The position numbers and the translations under genes are program-made. 32,000 bases of DNA. Source: Pyrobaculum calidifontis JCM 11548 (lineage in GTDB: Archaea > Thermoproteota > Thermoprotei > Thermoproteales > Thermoproteaceae). The notes below the pieces were generated by a model. It was not told where the DNA came from and did no database searches. It saw nothing but the letters and a program-made list of their open reading frames with translations. Location: contig NC_009073.1 of assembly GCF_000015805.1 (NCBI RefSeq), positions 1,710,001 through 1,742,000 of the forward strand, written 5' to 3'. Below are positions 1 to 8,842 of this stretch, one piece after another. Every line of letters begins with the position of its first letter. The first letter of the stretch is position 1.

Positions 1-1
1 A

Positions 2-466
2 GAGGACCCCCAGGCGCTGGGCCGATTCTACAAACTGTACAGAGACTACATAGACGCGGCAGTGGACAGAGGCGCGCCCCCGGTGTTGAGGCGGTTGGCC
101 ATGGCGCATTACCTAGGCGCAGTACCACAGGAGGCCGTTGAGACGCTGAAGAGGCTCGTCTCTGCGGCGCTGGAGTACTCCGATTTTAAGACGGCAGAGG
201 TGGCGCTAGCCGCCTTGGCAAAAATCGATCCCGCAGAGGCCGCTAGGAGTATCCCAAACTGCGACTGCCCCATTTTAAAGGTCTCAGCGCTGTACACGGC
301 TGCCCTACGCCTAATAGAGAAGGGCCTCTACAAAGAGGCCTTAAAAATCGCGGAGGAGCTCGTGGCAGAGGTCAGGCGCGGCGGCGAGAGGTATGAATAC
401 ACAGAGCACTTCGTCAGAGCCGTCGAAGATTTGTACAAAGAAGCGGCCATCATCTCAGTCCTATAG
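2..466 (+). CDS. hypothetical protein, 5' end outside window (helical, Ala/Glu/Leu-rich)
   Basis: The frame of ORF 62..466 stays open back to nt 2 (EDPQALGRFYKLYRDYIDAAV...). No recognisable catalytic motif. Confidence 0.45.
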   Translation, partial: EDPQALGRFYKLYRDYIDAAVDRGAPPVLRRLAMAHYLGAVPQEAVETLKRLVSAALEYSDFKTAEVALAALAKIDPAEAARSIPNCDCPILKVSALYTAALRLIEKGLYKEALKIAEELVAEVRRGGERYEYTEHFVRAVEDLYKEAAIISVL

Positions 467-934
467 GACTATTTTGACGAGCTCGCGGGGGTCGTCCTTC
501 AGCGCAGATATGTAAAAAACCTCCTGCGCCCCGACAGCTGCCGCGATTTCGTCAGCCTCTATGTGGAACCCCGCCTCCTTTGCCAAATCCATCTTATTCC
601 CCACGATCACCACCTTTTTAAACGGCTTTATCCCCCTATCTAATAGGCCGCTGTGGATGTCCGTCAGCGCCTTAAGAGTGACGTATTGAAGCACGTCGTA
701 CATATACACAGCCTTGTCAACATAGAAAGACCACATACGGGCAAAGTTGTGCACAACTTCAAAGACGTATTGACCAGGCACATCAATGAGGTTCACCTCC
801 CTCCCCGAGAGATAGAGGCGATATATGCCGGGCCTAAGAGTCACAGTGGGCCTCAGCGACACGCCCATGAGTCTGTAGGCAAGAGTCGTCTTCCCCACGC
901 CCCCTACGCCGAGCAGAACAACAATCTGACGCAC
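461..934 (-). CDS. Ras-superfamily small GTPase
   Basis: ORF 461..1096 contains the P-loop GVGGVGKTT, DVPGQ (DxxGQ), GNKMD (NKxD) and SAL(K). The likely true start is GTG at 934 (VRQIVVLLGVGG...). A TATA-like ttttatatt lies on the minus strand at 954..962, about 24 nt upstream. Confidence 0.8.
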   Translation of the reverse strand: MRQIVVLLGVGGVGKTTLAYRLMGVSLRPTVTLRPGIYRLYLSGREVNLIDVPGQYVFEVVHNFARMWSFYVDKAVYMYDVLQYVTLKALTDIHSGLLDRGIKPFKKVVIVGNKMDLAKEAGFHIEADEIAAAVGAQEVFYISALKDDPRELVKIVL

Positions 935-1013
935 GTCAACACCCCCACACCCCAATATAAAATTGGCGGAAAACAACAACGTTATACTTAAATACATAGA
1001 CCATTGTGCGCCT

Positions 1014-1589
1014 ATGAACCCCGTCGGGAGACTAGTCCTTTGGATAGTGCTATACGTAGTAGTAATGGCAATAGTACAGGCAATATTCCAATTCATAGCA
1101 GCGCCGCCCCTATCGTTTACACAAGCCCTCGACTACAAAATATACGTCGACATACTCCTCACACTGTTCTTCGGCTGGCAGATAGTCAAAGCCTTTGCAG
1201 ATATCGTGGCGCTCCCCGTTGCCAAGAAACAGGGCGAGACGGCAGGCCGCGCAGTCTCAAACCTCATTAAGCTCATTGGAATAGGCGCCCTCGCCGCCGC
1301 CCTCGCCGGGGCAGTATCCGGAGGCGCCGCCGCAGCGGCGCTAGGCGGCTTCATAGGCCTAGTAATCGGCTTCGCCACTCAGCAGGTATTGGGGCAAGCC
1401 GTTGCGGGAACGTTCCTCCTCTTAGCAAGGCCGTTTAAAATCGGCGAAAAAATCGTGGGCGCCGGTCAAGAGGGCGTCGTAGAAGACATCACCGCCATGT
1501 ATACAGTGATTAGAGACGCCGAGGGCAACAAGGTGCTTATTCCAAACAACAAGCTAATCGGCGACATACTAAAGATCAAAAAGTCCTAA
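1014..1589 (+). CDS. small-conductance mechanosensitive channel (MscS family)
   Basis: N-terminal TM helices are followed by the MscS beta-domain signature LLLARPFKIGEKIVGAGQEGVVEDITAMYTVIRDAEGNKVLIPNNKL. The start is ATG 1014, preceded by the TATA-like tatacttaaata at 983..994. The listed ORF begins at TTG 963. Confidence 0.8.
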   Translation: MNPVGRLVLWIVLYVVVMAIVQAIFQFIAAPPLSFTQALDYKIYVDILLTLFFGWQIVKAFADIVALPVAKKQGETAGRAVSNLIKLIGIGALAAALAGAVSGGAAAAALGGFIGLVIGFATQQVLGQAVAGTFLLLARPFKIGEKIVGAGQEGVVEDITAMYTVIRDAEGNKVLIPNNKLIGDILKIKKS

Positions 1590-2326
1590 CTTTTTTCCAC
1601 CCACACCTCCACCTCCCAGTTTTCCCTAGGCACAACCACGGCTAGGGCAGGCCTCAGCCCCAGTTTTCCAAGTACCCTCTGGCGGCGCGCCAACAGCGCC
1701 CGCTTCTTGCGCAACTTGGCCTCAGTAGGCGACGTGGTAGTTTTAACCTCCACGTGGTACACCTCTCCCCCCTCCACCAACAAGAAGTCCACCTCCCGCA
1801 GCGTCTCAACCACAGCCGCCACAAAGTCGGGGCCGCCGACAAGCCGCCTGTAGAGCACCTCCGCCGCCTCCACCTCCTGCGGCAAAAGCCACTGCCACCC
1901 CTCCAAAAGAGCCGGGGCCACCCCGTCCAAGACGTAGCTCCTGAGCTCCCAAAGGCCGACAGCCAGCAGATTGGCGTACTCCCCCTCCACGTCTCGGCCC
2001 ACGTATTTCACAAGGCGCTTCGGGGGGTCAATAAAGACGCGCGGCGTCCCGTGGTCCACCGCAGGCACAAACCACGACTTATGTATAGGCCACTCCACGG
2101 CCACGTGCCGCGACACGACGTCAGGCACGTCTTCCTTCGGCAGAGCGGCGCCCCGCGGCTTCAACACCTCAGACGAGTAGAGCCCCTCCACTAACAAGGC
2201 CACGGCCTCCCCCCTTGCCGCCCCCGGAAACAGCCTCGCGAAAATCCACTCGCCAAGGTACCCCACCTCGCCCCCCAGCGCCTCTAGCAGATTTACCCTA
2301 ATCAACGTATACAAGGCCGCGCACAT
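1586..2326 (-). CDS. hypothetical protein with C-terminal PD-(D/E)xK-like motif
   Basis: 246-aa ORF. The C-terminus reads EVDFLLVEGGEVYHVEVKTT (D-x12-E-V-K), typical of the restriction-endonuclease-like fold. The palindromic TATA gtttaaac at about 2340..2347 is shared with the divergent acdA promoter region. Confidence 0.55.
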   Translation of the reverse strand: MCAALYTLIRVNLLEALGGEVGYLGEWIFARLFPGAARGEAVALLVEGLYSSEVLKPRGAALPKEDVPDVVSRHVAVEWPIHKSWFVPAVDHGTPRVFIDPPKRLVKYVGRDVEGEYANLLAVGLWELRSYVLDGVAPALLEGWQWLLPQEVEAAEVLYRRLVGGPDFVAAVVETLREVDFLLVEGGEVYHVEVKTTTSPTEAKLRKKRALLARRQRVLGKLGLRPALAVVVPRENWEVEVWVEKS

Positions 2327-2389
2327 TTTTCAACACATCGTTTAAACAGGCCCCGCCCCATGTATTTAAACCTATGTTTTCTATATAGC

Positions 2390-3778
2390 GTGATTTCAAA
2401 GCTGTTAGACCCCCAAAGCGCCGCCATCGTAGGCGCCTCCCCGAAGCCGGGGACAGTGGGCTACGTCTTGCTGGAGAACTTGGCAACCCGCTTCAAGGGC
2501 AGGGCCTACCCCGTCAACCCGAAGTACGACGTGGTAGAGCTCTGGGGCCGCAAAATAAAGTTCTACAAGTCACTCCTAGAAGTTGAAGACGACATAGACG
2601 TCGCCGTGATCGCCACGCCCGCCCCCACGGTGCCCAAGATACTCGAGGAGGCAGGCCAAAAGGGGATAAAGGCGGCCGTGGTGATAAGCAGCGGCTTCGC
2701 CGAGGCGGGCAACGTGGAGCTAGAAAACTGGGTCAAGGCAGTGGCCAAGCAGTACGGCATACGCCTACTAGGCCCCAACTGCATCGGCGTATACAACGCA
2801 TACACAAACTTCGACACCCAGTTCCTCCCAGTGGAGAGAGCCGGCCGGCCGCCGCCTGGGCCAATAGCCCTGATAAGCCAAAGCGGCGCAGTGGCCACGG
2901 CCATAATGGACTGGGCGGCCAGGAGGAGGCTAGGCATGGGCTTTGTAGTAAACTACGGAAACAAGGCAGATGTGACAGAGGTAGAGCTCTTGGAGGCCTT
3001 CGCCGAAGATGAGAGAGTAAAAGTCATAACCATGTACATGGAGGGGCTTAAATACCCAGGCGAGGCCAAGAGGCTGTTAGACACGGTTAGGAGGATAGCG
3101 CCCAAGAAGCCCATAGTGGTGTACAAGGCCGGCAGAGGCAGCACCGCGGCGCAACGCGCCGTGAGAAGCCACACGGCGGCCATGGCGGGCACCTACGAGA
3201 TGTACCACGGCCTCTTCAAACAGGCAGGCGCAATAGAGGCATCCTCAGTGAGAGAAATGTTCGACATGGCCAAGGCCCTCGCCACCCAGCCCACGCCCCG
3301 CGGCCCCCGCGTCCTCGTAGTGACAGACTCCGGGGGGATGGGCGTCCAGGCGGTAGACGCCCTCGAGGCGCTGGGGCTGGAGGTCCCCGAGGTCCCCGAG
3401 AGCATAGCTAAAGAGCTCAAGAGAGAGCTACTCCCCTTCGCCGCAGTCTCAAACCCCATAGACGTGACGGGGAGCGCCACAGACGAGCACTACAAGATCG
3501 TGCTAGACATGCTGCTCCCCACAGCCTTCTTCGACATGGCGCTTGTGGTAACCCTCATGCAGGTGCCCGGCCTCACAAAAAACCTCGCCGAGTACATAAT
3601 AGGGGCGAAGAAGTACGGCAAGCCCATAGTGGCGGTAAACTTCGGCGGCAGCGAGCTCGTGCAAAAATTCGAAGAAGCCCTCGAAGACAGCGGAGTGCCC
3701 ACCTACCCCACGCCAGAACGCGCCGCAAAGGCCCTCTGGGCGTTATACAGGTACAGCCAAGTGAGGCGGAGGCTATGA
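2390..3778 (+). CDS. acdA: acetyl-CoA synthetase (ADP-forming), alpha subunit (CoA-binding/succinyl-CoA synthetase-like)
   Basis: N-terminus LLDPQSAAIVGASPKPGTVGY (CoA-binding Rossmann), then GPNCIGV, ISQSGA and the phosphohistidine-region RSHTAAMAG. The start is probably GTG 2390, 24 nt after TATA tatttaaa at 2362..2369. The ORF track starts at 2360. Confidence 0.9.
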   Translation: MISKLLDPQSAAIVGASPKPGTVGYVLLENLATRFKGRAYPVNPKYDVVELWGRKIKFYKSLLEVEDDIDVAVIATPAPTVPKILEEAGQKGIKAAVVISSGFAEAGNVELENWVKAVAKQYGIRLLGPNCIGVYNAYTNFDTQFLPVERAGRPPPGPIALISQSGAVATAIMDWAARRRLGMGFVVNYGNKADVTEVELLEAFAEDERVKVITMYMEGLKYPGEAKRLLDTVRRIAPKKPIVVYKAGRGSTAAQRAVRSHTAAMAGTYEMYHGLFKQAGAIEASSVREMFDMAKALATQPTPRGPRVLVVTDSGGMGVQAVDALEALGLEVPEVPESIAKELKRELLPFAAVSNPIDVTGSATDEHYKIVLDMLLPTAFFDMALVVTLMQVPGLTKNLAEYIIGAKKYGKPIVAVNFGGSELVQKFEEALEDSGVPTYPTPERAAKALWALYRYSQVRRRL

Positions 3779-4473
3779 CCCACCCCATCGTCGCCAAGGC
3801 CCTCTCCGAGGGGAGAAACAAGCTGAGAGAAGACGAGGCCCTAGAACTACTACGCCACTACGGCATACCCACCCCCGACTTCGCCCTAGCCCACAGCGAG
3901 GAGGAGGCAGTCGCCGCCGCGGAGAAGATCGGATATCCGGTAGCCCTAAAAGTGGTCTCCCCCCAGATAGTCCACAAGACAGACGTAGGCGGCGTAGTAC
4001 TCAACGTCACAACCCCCGACGGCGTGAGAGAAGCCTGCAGAAAAATCAAGGCCATCACCAAGACAGTCCCCTACGCAGAGATAGAGGGAGTACTCGTCCA
4101 AAAAATGGTGCCAAAGGGCGTGGAGCTAATCGTCGGAGCCCTCTACGACGAAATCTTCGGCCACGTAATCCTCTTCGGCCTAGGCGGAATATACACAGAA
4201 CTCTACAAAGACGTGTCAATGCGCCTAGCCCCACTCGACGAACAAGACGCCTGGGACATGGTCAAAGAGGTAAAGGCATACAAGCTCCTCACAGGCTTCA
4301 GAGGAACACCGCCACGCGACATACCCGCGGTAGTAGACGTCATAGTCAAGTTCTCACGCCTACTAGAAGAAAACCCAGAAATAACAGAAGCCGACCTCAA
4401 CCCAGTAATAGCCCTAGAAGAAGGCAAAGGCGCATACGTAGTAGACGCCAGAATCTACGCCAGACAAATTTAA
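3775..4473 (+). CDS. acdB: acetyl-CoA synthetase (ADP-forming), beta subunit (ATP-grasp)
   Basis: The sequence LREDEALELLRHYGIPTPDF...GYPVALKVVSPQIVHKTDVGGVVLNV is the ATP-grasp module of ACD. ATGA start/stop overlap with acdA at 3775..3778. Confidence 0.9.
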   Translation: MTHPIVAKALSEGRNKLREDEALELLRHYGIPTPDFALAHSEEEAVAAAEKIGYPVALKVVSPQIVHKTDVGGVVLNVTTPDGVREACRKIKAITKTVPYAEIEGVLVQKMVPKGVELIVGALYDEIFGHVILFGLGGIYTELYKDVSMRLAPLDEQDAWDMVKEVKAYKLLTGFRGTPPRDIPAVVDVIVKFSRLLEENPEITEADLNPVIALEEGKGAYVVDARIYARQI

Positions 4474-4492
4474 ATCAGACAGATTTACGCCC

Positions 4493-5026
4493 GTGAAGCA
4501 GTATGACTGTTGTGAGCTAAAAGCCCTGAGATATGTCAAGGGGGGAGAGCCACGAGACGTATTTAGGCTATACGGAAAACTCGTCAAGCAGGTATTAAAC
4601 AGCCCCGGAGGCGTTAGAAGAGAGGACGCAGAGCTGGCGGCAAAGAAGGTAGCCGAAGAGGAGGGAATCAAGCTGGGGGACACGAGCCTATACGCTATGT
4701 TATACAACGACCTTAGACGTCTCGGCGTAGTCACTGTGGGCACAGGCAACTGGGTCGGAGAAGGCAGATTCACGCCGCTAGGGGAGTGGCTCAAGAGGTG
4801 CCGCGACTTAGACGAAGAGACACTAGGCGCATTATTGTTCCTCCTCTGCGTTGTGAAGGATTGGCCATTAGCAGAAGAAGAGGCAGGCGTATGTGTAAAG
4901 GCCATAGAGAGGCTACCCCGCAACTACCTAAAGGCCGCAGCTGAGAGAGTCGAAGAAGTACTAATTGACTGTATGCCATATGGCGCAGATATATCTAGGC
5001 TAGCAGCTCTGAGAGAAGAGCCCTAA
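4493..5026 (+). CDS. hypothetical protein
   Basis: 177-aa ORF with a GTG start 23 nt downstream of TATA aaatttaaat (4466..4475). No recognisable motif. Its 3' end overlaps the convergent McrC-like gene by 32 nt. Confidence 0.5.
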   Translation: MKQYDCCELKALRYVKGGEPRDVFRLYGKLVKQVLNSPGGVRREDAELAAKKVAEEEGIKLGDTSLYAMLYNDLRRLGVVTVGTGNWVGEGRFTPLGEWLKRCRDLDEETLGALLFLLCVVKDWPLAEEEAGVCVKAIERLPRNYLKAAAERVEEVLIDCMPYGADISRLAALREEP

Positions 5027-6272
5027 CCTCATTGACGCCCGAGGGATTAACTTTCACAAACCTAACCTCAATGTCGAGCATTGGAGTGAGTTTTGTCCGT
5101 ATTACTGGTGGATGATCCAGCGTGGGTTTCTCTAAGGCGACTACTACAGCGGTTAATCTCCCATTTCTAGCGACGTCGAGGAGGTATGCGGCAAGTCTAA
5201 TGGCATCCGCAAGGGCAAGCCGCCCTCTGTTAAGCTCCCGATACTTGGCATCCACCACCACGACCTTTTCCCCTTGCTTGATCGAAATATCGGGTCTCGG
5301 TCTCCTCCCTGTCAGTTGTTTAATGATGCGGGATACAGGAGCCTTATTGAAATAGAAACGGGTATTCCCCACCTTTAGACAACGTGAGCCGCAGAGCTCT
5401 ACGTCTCCTCCAACCGCTTTTAAGAACTGGGCAAGGACGTAAAGCTCGTACAGCTTAGTGCTAGGGACCAAGAAGAGCCTAGCCAACTCCCCGCCCCTGC
5501 CCCCGCCGCCCCTCACGGGAAGCGCCAGGCGCCAATATTCGCCGAATTCCCCACCATCGGCCCAATACGCCAAATCCCCTACCTCAGCCAAGACAGCCTC
5601 AGCCATGTGCAATATGTAGTTCAGGTAAAACTCGGCCACCTTCTTGACCTCTGGCGACTCCCCCAGCACCTCCTTGGCAAAATCCCGCGCCTTTTCCACA
5701 TCCTTGACGAGTCTCCTCAATGCAAACACGACAGCGTTAGCCAAAGCCCTATTAGGCACCCGCCTCCTCCTCAACAAGACGGTGCGCCCCTTCGCCACGT
5801 CGAGAAAACCCACAGACGACTCCACAAACTCAGTCAAAAACCTAGGCTCCCTAGACGCCGCCCTATACACCTCCCAGAGATGTGACACTGCGCTCGTAAG
5901 CACCGCAAGCGAGTGAGCCAACTCCACAGACCCCAAGGCAAAGACGTGGAACCTCAAGGGAAGAGCAGCCGCCTCCCTAACCATCTCCACATAGTTCTCA
6001 ACCCTAGGCTCCACCACAAGCGTCACCTCGCCGTGCCTATCCTCGCGTTTATCCTTGTATTCATATGCGCCCACCCAAAAGCCAGAGAACGCCCTATCAC
6101 CCCTCACATCTGGCCGCGGAGTGTCCACAACGCCGAGAGGCGATCTGACACTAATCGCAGCCCTCATGTTTAACAGCGCCGCACGCAGCTTGCTTGGTTC
6201 CAAGTTGCACTTTCTGGCTTTTTCCGATATGAGAAACAACTCCCCCTCCCTAATTCTACAAACCGCCATCAC
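4995..6272 (-). CDS. mcrC: McrC-like nuclease subunit (PD-(D/E)xK)
   Basis: The C-terminal RPRPDISIKQGEKVVVVDAKYRE matches the PD...D-x-K-Y motif of McrC. ATGA-type overlap (6269..6272) with the upstream McrB-like gene. Confidence 0.75.
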   Translation of the reverse strand: MMAVCRIREGELFLISEKARKCNLEPSKLRAALLNMRAAISVRSPLGVVDTPRPDVRGDRAFSGFWVGAYEYKDKREDRHGEVTLVVEPRVENYVEMVREAAALPLRFHVFALGSVELAHSLAVLTSAVSHLWEVYRAASREPRFLTEFVESSVGFLDVAKGRTVLLRRRRVPNRALANAVVFALRRLVKDVEKARDFAKEVLGESPEVKKVAEFYLNYILHMAEAVLAEVGDLAYWADGGEFGEYWRLALPVRGGGGRGGELARLFLVPSTKLYELYVLAQFLKAVGGDVELCGSRCLKVGNTRFYFNKAPVSRIIKQLTGRRPRPDISIKQGEKVVVVDAKYRELNRGRLALADAIRLAAYLLDVARNGRLTAVVVALEKPTLDHPPVIRTKLTPMLDIEVRFVKVNPSGVNEVRALLSELLA

Positions 6273-7861
6273 CCAAGGTCGATGGGAAGCTCGTCAAACA
6301 GTCCCCTAAACAGCCTAGCAGTAAAAGACTGCTCGCCAAATAACTCCCCAACCTTGGAGTAAATATTTTTAAGCGTCTCAAGCTCTTTTACCTCTTGGCT
6401 CAAGAGGTACCTCTGCCTAATCTTCGGCAAAGCCATCGACAGATAGGGTACGGCAAGCGACGCCGTGGCAAGATCTAAAAAATCGTGTTGAGAAAACTCG
6501 CCAGGGTTGTCGAAAAGACGCGGGGCTTTGTCCCTGAAAACCATGTACACAGCCGCCAGTTTAAGCATGTCGACGGCCAGAGAAGGCCCCACCTCAACCC
6601 CCAACTTCTCCCCCACCTCCACAACCCACGACAGCACTCTAGAGACCCCCAGCCCCCTTGCAAACTCCCTCAACTCGCCGACGGTGGGAAGCCCAATTCT
6701 AATTAATGCGGGTATGTCCCCGCCCCTAGGCTCAATAGAGAGTTCTTCCAAAGCCACCTCCACGTAGGGATCTAAGTCGAAGTCGTCCCTTAGCTCCTCA
6801 ACGCGGACCTCAGACGCATACTTTTCGTGCGGAGGCGCTACATATACATACGCAAATCTTCTCATCAGGGCAAAGCTCAACTTAAACAACTGGGCCCTAT
6901 CCACCACGTTCATAGTAGCAAAAACCCTAAACGAGAAAGGCAGGTAGTACACCCCCGGCTCCACCCCCAACGGCCTCGCCAACTCCTCGTCAAGCTCCAA
7001 CACGGGGACCTTATCCCTGTGAGCCAAGTCAAGCGCCGTGAAAACTCTACCAAGAGCCAAATCGACATTAGCCCTATTAATCTCGTCAAAAACAAACTGA
7101 CAAGGCCCCCTCCCCTCCCTAATACTCCTCCAACTCTCCACCACCGCCTTAGCAAATGAGCCAAGCCGAGGCCTCGCCCCAGAGCCAGAAGCCACAAAAT
7201 GTAAAACCAAATCATCATACGTTAACCCATCCCGCCCAACCTCAACCACAGGCTCACACCCCGTAAAAAGCTTGGCAGAGTCCAACGCAAGCCGCGTCTT
7301 CCCAACCCCAGGCGCTCCGACGAATAATAGGTTCTTCCCTGCCACCAACGCCAAAGCCACAAACCTCTTAACCCTCTCATCCACAAACCCCCGCCTCTGC
7401 ACAGGGGCACCGCCGCGGAGCCCAACCTCAACAAGTCTCCTCCCCACCTTAACGTCAACTTCATACAAATACGCCTGCTGAACCTCGACGCCGAAATTCT
7501 TCGCCTCGTCAAGGAGGATAGGCCTCGGAAACTCCACAAACCCCTCCAACTCCACCAGGTAAAACTGGTCGTAGTCTCCCCACTCAGACAGATACTCTGA
7601 CTCAACCCCCCGCCGCAAAAGCTCCTCTCTATCGACTACTTTAGCCTCAGACGCCACCCTAGACACCCCTACGAAGCTCCCCCTACGCCTCGACTTACTC
7701 CTCGTCGCAATGTAGTGAATAACACAGTCGCCACGCCTAACAGCCTCCATGACTCTCCACCTCTCCCCCACAGGACTCCACAAAAACCTCCCCACATGCG
7801 CCTCATCCCTAGTAACTTCCACAAAGAAACGCCCACAATCCACGACAGACAAAAGCCCCAC
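6269..7861 (-). CDS. mcrB: McrB-like AAA+ GTPase/ATPase with N-terminal PUA/EVE-like reader domain
   Basis: Walker A LLFVGAPGVGKT, Walker B FVFDEINRANVD, and the McrB signature FATMNVVDRAQ...LMRRFAYVYV. The N-terminal about 150 aa are a separate domain. The start is GTG 7861 or, fitting TATA tatttttaa at 7862..7870, GTG 7843. Confidence 0.85.
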   Translation of the reverse strand: MGLLSVVDCGRFFVEVTRDEAHVGRFLWSPVGERWRVMEAVRRGDCVIHYIATRSKSRRRGSFVGVSRVASEAKVVDREELLRRGVESEYLSEWGDYDQFYLVELEGFVEFPRPILLDEAKNFGVEVQQAYLYEVDVKVGRRLVEVGLRGGAPVQRRGFVDERVKRFVALALVAGKNLLFVGAPGVGKTRLALDSAKLFTGCEPVVEVGRDGLTYDDLVLHFVASGSGARPRLGSFAKAVVESWRSIREGRGPCQFVFDEINRANVDLALGRVFTALDLAHRDKVPVLELDEELARPLGVEPGVYYLPFSFRVFATMNVVDRAQLFKLSFALMRRFAYVYVAPPHEKYASEVRVEELRDDFDLDPYVEVALEELSIEPRGGDIPALIRIGLPTVGELREFARGLGVSRVLSWVVEVGEKLGVEVGPSLAVDMLKLAAVYMVFRDKAPRLFDNPGEFSQHDFLDLATASLAVPYLSMALPKIRQRYLLSQEVKELETLKNIYSKVGELFGEQSFTARLFRGLFDELPIDLG

Positions 7862-7964
7862 TTAAAAATACGTGCAGCCCCAACACAGATAAGCGTCCTA
7901 GTCATATCCCGTTGAAAGTACCCGGACAACCAACAAAAATATCTACAACCCAGCAGAGGCGCAC

Positions 7965-8324
7965 ATGGGAGGGGCGGAGACCCACCGGGGCAAGCCCTCC
8001 AGGCTAGAGGCCATCGCCCACGCCCTACACGTATCTGCGGCAGCGGCGAACCTCGCGGTGCTCTCCGCCATACTCAGCTTCATGTTAAAGTACGGCGCAA
8101 TCATGCCAGCCGTCGCGGCCGGCATAATAATCACACTCCTTATGGTTGCAGGTGCCCTCTCCGCGTGGGCCCTAGGCAAGCACAGGCTACACAGCTACTC
8201 CCTCGGCTCCTACGCCCTAGCCCTGGCGTCAGTCGCCGACAAGGCAAGCCCCGAGGGGATACTACTCACGACAATCATACCCCTCATCTACATCGCCGGA
8301 CTCGCGCAATCAACAGTAGAGTAA
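7965..8324 (+). CDS. small integral membrane protein, hypothetical
   Basis: 119 aa with 3-4 hydrophobic segments (LAVLSAILSFML, AIMPAVAAGIIITLLMVAGALSAWAL, ILLTTIIPLIYIAGL). The ATG lies 25 nt after TATA aaaaatatct (7935..7944). Confidence 0.5.
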   Translation: MGGAETHRGKPSRLEAIAHALHVSAAAANLAVLSAILSFMLKYGAIMPAVAAGIIITLLMVAGALSAWALGKHRLHSYSLGSYALALASVADKASPEGILLTTIIPLIYIAGLAQSTVE

Positions 8325-8524
8325 CGCTAAGCTGGCAGTCGCAGCGGCGCTCCACACGCCCCGCACCCCGACCCTGCAACCATAACAGCGGACACCCCTC
8401 AACACCGGCACCACTCCCCCAACAAGGCCCCACAGGCGTAAACCTCCTCCACCAGTCTCGTTCAAGGTCACGTGAGTCTCGCGAAAGACGGCTGGGCGGA
8501 AAACCGCCCGCCGAAGCGTCTCCG

Positions 8525-8842
8525 CTAGAAACATCCGGCGTCGCGGCACAGCTGCGAGCCGCGGCCGTGGAACTCCACCTCGACGCCGAGCCTTCCCCTG
8601 TAGTACTCTCTGACGTATCTGCCGGGCATCCTCATTCTCTCAAAACACAGCACAGCCCTCTTCTCACCGCACGTGAGAAGTCTGAGGCAAGCCTCCAGTT
8701 GCGCCACCACGTCCTCGTCTATTCCAAGGCTTGACTTGCACTCCACCGCCGCGCAGTCGCACACCGCGTCGCAGGCGGGTCCGCCCACAGAGCCGCGCCT
8801 ATTGCCAATTGTGTGGTTTTTATCTACCGGCTCGCAGCGCAT
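8525..8842 (-). CDS. small Cys-rich hypothetical protein (possible metal-binding)
   Basis: 105-aa ORF overlapping the 3' end of the upstream ATPase gene by 23 nt. Eleven Cys residues (CDAVCDCAAVEC...C..LLTC....LC). No family recognised, so coding status is uncertain. Confidence 0.35.
   Translation of the reverse strand: MRCEPVDKNHTIGNRRGSVGGPACDAVCDCAAVECKSSLGIDEDVVAQLEACLRLLTCGEKRAVLCFERMRMPGRYVREYYRGRLGVEVEFHGRGSQLCRDAGCF

Noticed and set aside
7205-7225. A C-box-like atgatga on the minus strand, considered as a candidate C/D box sRNA
   Set aside because: It is inside the McrB-like CDS and has no D box (ctga) at the expected 50-60 nt spacing.
8325-8524. Possible ncRNA or terminator hairpin (ctgggcgg-aaaa-ccgcccg at about 8491..8510) between convergent genes
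   Set aside because: It is a single short GC hairpin with no flanking T-run or conserved RNA motif. This is insufficient evidence on its own.
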